A stretch of 44,038 nucleotides of DNA from an uncultured Clostridia bacterium. Lineage in GTDB: Bacteria > Bacillota > Clostridia > Oscillospirales > CAG-272. The position numbers and the translations under genes were made by a program. The notes under the pieces are model-generated. The model was not told where the DNA came from, searched no databases, and worked only from the letters and a program-made list of their open reading frames with translations. The DNA lies in NCBI GenBank assembly GCA_947367285.1, contig CANBDB010000001.1, forward strand, positions 1 to 44,038, written 5' to 3'. Below, piece by piece: positions 41,733 through 44,038 of this stretch (the first letter of the stretch is position 1; each line of letters begins with the position of its first letter).

Positions 41733-43057
41733 TGGCAAAAACGAAAAATCAAGCCGCCTCATCCATGGACAATATCTATACGCTGGATGGGAAGGTTCCA
41801 CTGCTGAAATCCATCCCATTCGGCCTGCAGCACGTTCTGGCAATGTTTGTTGCCAACATCGCACCCATTATGATCGTTACCGGTGCCAGCGGTCTGAGCA
41901 CGCAGGAAACCGCTTCCCTGATCCAGACTGCCATGATCATGGCCGGTATCGGTACCTTGGTCCAGCTTTTCACCGTTTGGAAGCTGGGTGCGAAGCTGCC
42001 GATTGTGATGGGTATCAGCTTTACATTCGTTTCTGTATTCTGCTATGTTGGACCGAAGTGGGGATACGAAGCGATCATCGGTGCTGTTTTGATCGGCGGT
42101 GTCATTGAGGGTCTGCTTGGTTTCTTCGCAAAATACTGGTGCAGGATCATTTCCCCCATCGTTTCCGCCTGTGTGGTTACCGCCATTGGCTTCAGCCTGC
42201 TGAGTGTGGGTGCCAATTCCTTCGCCGGCGGCAGCGGAGCTGCCGACTTCGGCAGCGCTCAGAACTGGATTTTGGGTGCTGTCACGCTGGTGTGCTGCAT
42301 CCTGTTCAACATTTTCGCCAAAGGCCATCTGAAGCAGCTGTCTGTTCTGTTTGGTCTGGTGGTGGGCTATATTGTGGCGGTCTTCATGGGCAAAGTGGAT
42401 TTTTCCGCTCTGGAGGGCGTGGGCATCGTTTCCCTGCCCCGGATCATGCCATACAAGCCTGTGTTCAACTTAAGTGCCATCGTTTCTGTCACCATGATCT
42501 TCCTGGTTTCCGCCACCGAAACCATTGGCGATACCTCTGCCATGACAAACACCGCTCTTGGCAGAGAAGCCACCGACAAGGAGATTTCCGGCAGTCTGGC
42601 CTGCGACGGTTTGATCAGCTCCCTGTCTGCTTGCTTTGGCTGTATGCCCATTACTTCTTTCAGCCAGAACGTGGGACTGCTGGCCATGACTAAGGTCATC
42701 AACCGTTACACCATCGCTACCGGTGCCGGCATTCTGATTCTGGCTGGTATTTTCCCGGCAATTGGTGCTGTTCTCGCCACCCTGCCCGAGGCAGTCTTAG
42801 GTGGCTGCACCATTATGATGTTCGGCAATATCGTCATTTCCGGTCTGCAGATGATCGGGGCCTGCGGCTTCAGCCAGCGCAATATCACCATTGCCGCCCT
42901 GTCACTCAGCATCGGTCTGGGCTTCACTCAGGTGCCCGATATGTTTAACATCTTCCCCGATATCATTCGCACCATCTTCGCAGAAAACTGCGTCGCCGTT
43001 GTTTTCCTGACCGCTATCATTATGAACCTGATCATGCCGAAGGATAAGGAAGCATAA
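41732..43057 (+). CDS. pbuX: Xanthine/uracil permease (NCS2 family)
   Basis: 441 aa with about 12 TM segments. TAATG overlap with xpt. NCS2-like FGLQHVLAMF and ATETIGD motifs. Confidence 0.88.
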   Translation: MAKTKNQAASSMDNIYTLDGKVPLLKSIPFGLQHVLAMFVANIAPIMIVTGASGLSTQETASLIQTAMIMAGIGTLVQLFTVWKLGAKLPIVMGISFTFVSVFCYVGPKWGYEAIIGAVLIGGVIEGLLGFFAKYWCRIISPIVSACVVTAIGFSLLSVGANSFAGGSGAADFGSAQNWILGAVTLVCCILFNIFAKGHLKQLSVLFGLVVGYIVAVFMGKVDFSALEGVGIVSLPRIMPYKPVFNLSAIVSVTMIFLVSATETIGDTSAMTNTALGREATDKEISGSLACDGLISSLSACFGCMPITSFSQNVGLLAMTKVINRYTIATGAGILILAGIFPAIGAVLATLPEAVLGGCTIMMFGNIVISGLQMIGACGFSQRNITIAALSLSIGLGFTQVPDMFNIFPDIIRTIFAENCVAVVFLTAIIMNLIMPKDKEA

Positions 43058-43074
43058 TTTAGACAACAATACGC

Positions 43075-43108
43075 AAGCCGGTAGCTTTTGTCAAAAAAGC
43101 TACCGGCT
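43075..43108. terminator. Bidirectional rho-independent terminator
   Basis: AAGCCGGTAGCTTTT-GTCA-AAAAGCTACCGGCTT, flanked by T-rich sequence. Sits between convergent pbuX and the 43159 gene. Confidence 0.8.
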
Positions 43109-43158
43109 TATTCTTTGCTTTTCTTTGTTTATAGCAGTGCAGAAATCATAGTCTGAGA

Positions 43159-43710
43159 TCATAAGTTGAACCTTTCTTTGATCATAGCTGCGGCAATCTC
43201 TGGTTCTATGTTGGAGTTATCGATTTTAATATAGTTCTCAAATGTAATTTCGCCCGGCAAACTTTCACAGCGGTATCTCGCATCATCCCGCAGCACTCGC
43301 TCTCTGGATTGATTAACATCCCTCTTGGATGCCTTGTATGCCAAACGATTGGGCGTTTCATTTCGCTGCAGACGAATCTCCTGCGGTGCGACAAGCTCCG
43401 CATAATAGATTTCTCCCCCCTGCTCCCGGAAAATATCCGCCACATGGGCAACGTAATCCCAATCCGATTGCATGTCAAAAGCCCACAAATAGGTGAAGAT
43501 CATACCTTCATTATCACTCTTGGCAAACTCCCTGAAGATTACCTCCCGCAATTGCTGTGTTACATGACCATTGAACGCACCAAAGATTTCGATCACCGGC
43601 TCAATCATCATGTGATTGTGAAACAATCGCAGGCCGGTCTGCTTCATCAATTCCTGTCCAACCGTCATTTTTCCTACCGCGGCATCGCCAATCAAAAATA
43701 CCAATTTCAT
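43159..43710 (-). CDS. P-loop NTPase / kinase-like protein
   Basis: 183 aa. N-terminal Walker A LIGDAAVGKMT. Confidence 0.65.
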   Translation of the reverse strand: MKLVFLIGDAAVGKMTVGQELMKQTGLRLFHNHMMIEPVIEIFGAFNGHVTQQLREVIFREFAKSDNEGMIFTYLWAFDMQSDWDYVAHVADIFREQGGEIYYAELVAPQEIRLQRNETPNRLAYKASKRDVNQSRERVLRDDARYRCESLPGEITFENYIKIDNSNIEPEIAAAMIKERFNL

Positions 43711-43813
43711 AGAAACATCTCCTCTGTTTGCATTATATCACAGTGTCTTCCGCTATGTAAACCGAATATTCTCCACAATGCAGCAAAAGCTACATAAAAG
43801 GAGTGATTGACAA

Positions 43814-44038
43814 ATGGACAGACAAGAACTTATAAAGCAGACATTGGATCAGATTCCGCAGACGAATGCTGATTCGAAACGGATCGTCGGACTTGTAAAA
43901 GAAGGCGGCAGGATTACCGGATATCAGCTTTCCGATAATTCTATTGTGGAGAAACAGCAAGCTGTGGATATGGCAAAGCAGGGTCAGATCGCCGGTGTCG
44001 GCATCGCCCACCGGGGAGACACGGAATATCTGAAATCC
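43814..44038 (+). CDS. Hypothetical protein (5' partial, runs off window)
   Basis: ATG 43814 with RBS AAAGGAG. MDRQELIKQTLDQIPQ...GRITGYQLSDNSIVEKQQAVDMAKQGQIAGVGIAHRGDTEYLKS, open to the window end. Confidence 0.6.
   Translation, partial: MDRQELIKQTLDQIPQTNADSKRIVGLVKEGGRITGYQLSDNSIVEKQQAVDMAKQGQIAGVGIAHRGDTEYLKS

Noticed and set aside
41759-42328. 189-aa minus-strand ORF and other ORFs overlapping pbuX and xpt
   Set aside because: Antisense or out-of-frame shadows within GC-rich permease coding sequence. The plus-strand product has clear NCS2 transporter features.

Overview
The first ~41 kb of this window is the right-hand part of a Clostridia-type integrative conjugative element (ICE). 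It ends at a 45-nt 3' fragment of tRNA-Pro(UGG) (41023-41067, the attR core). Core chromosomal genes follow: xpt-pbuX, a P-loop kinase-like gene and a partial ORF. Nearly all ICE genes lie on the minus strand in tightly coupled operons with many ATGA/TAATG start-stop overlaps. In transcription order, right to left, they are: (i) 40700-30493, an establishment/anti-restriction-type island of small acidic proteins, a possible ADP-ribosyltransferase, orphan C5 and N6A DNA methyltransferases, DUF-type polyvalent-protein modules and two AbrB-like proteins; (ii) 30408-18111, a complete Tad/Flp-type pilus operon with three tandem pilin genes, prepilin peptidase, CpaB, TadZ-like, CpaF, TadB, TadC, two pseudopilins, an acidic anchor protein and a 1063-aa secreted repeat protein. 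This operon runs without a break into (iii) 18106-12987, a minimal Gram-positive T4SS (Maff2/VirB2-like, VirB6-like, PrgI/VirB3-like, and a VirB4 that looks split by an inserted ORF); (iv) 12968-9216, unknown paralogous genes; (v) a candidate oriT followed by a relaxosome accessory protein, MOBP-type relaxase, DUF3991/Toprim protein, VirD4-like coupling protein and a small HTH protein; (vi) a divergent XRE / SLOG(DUF1273) pair and a type I R-M module (controller-like HTH, hsdM, partial hsdS). All family names come from motif and architecture recognition by eye. No profile or database search was run. The ORF track renders GTG/TTG starts as M, and several track ORFs were shortened to starts with a good RBS. 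The most interesting feature is the Tad-type pilus fused in-line with a monoderm T4SS, with pilins that lack the canonical Flp processing motif.
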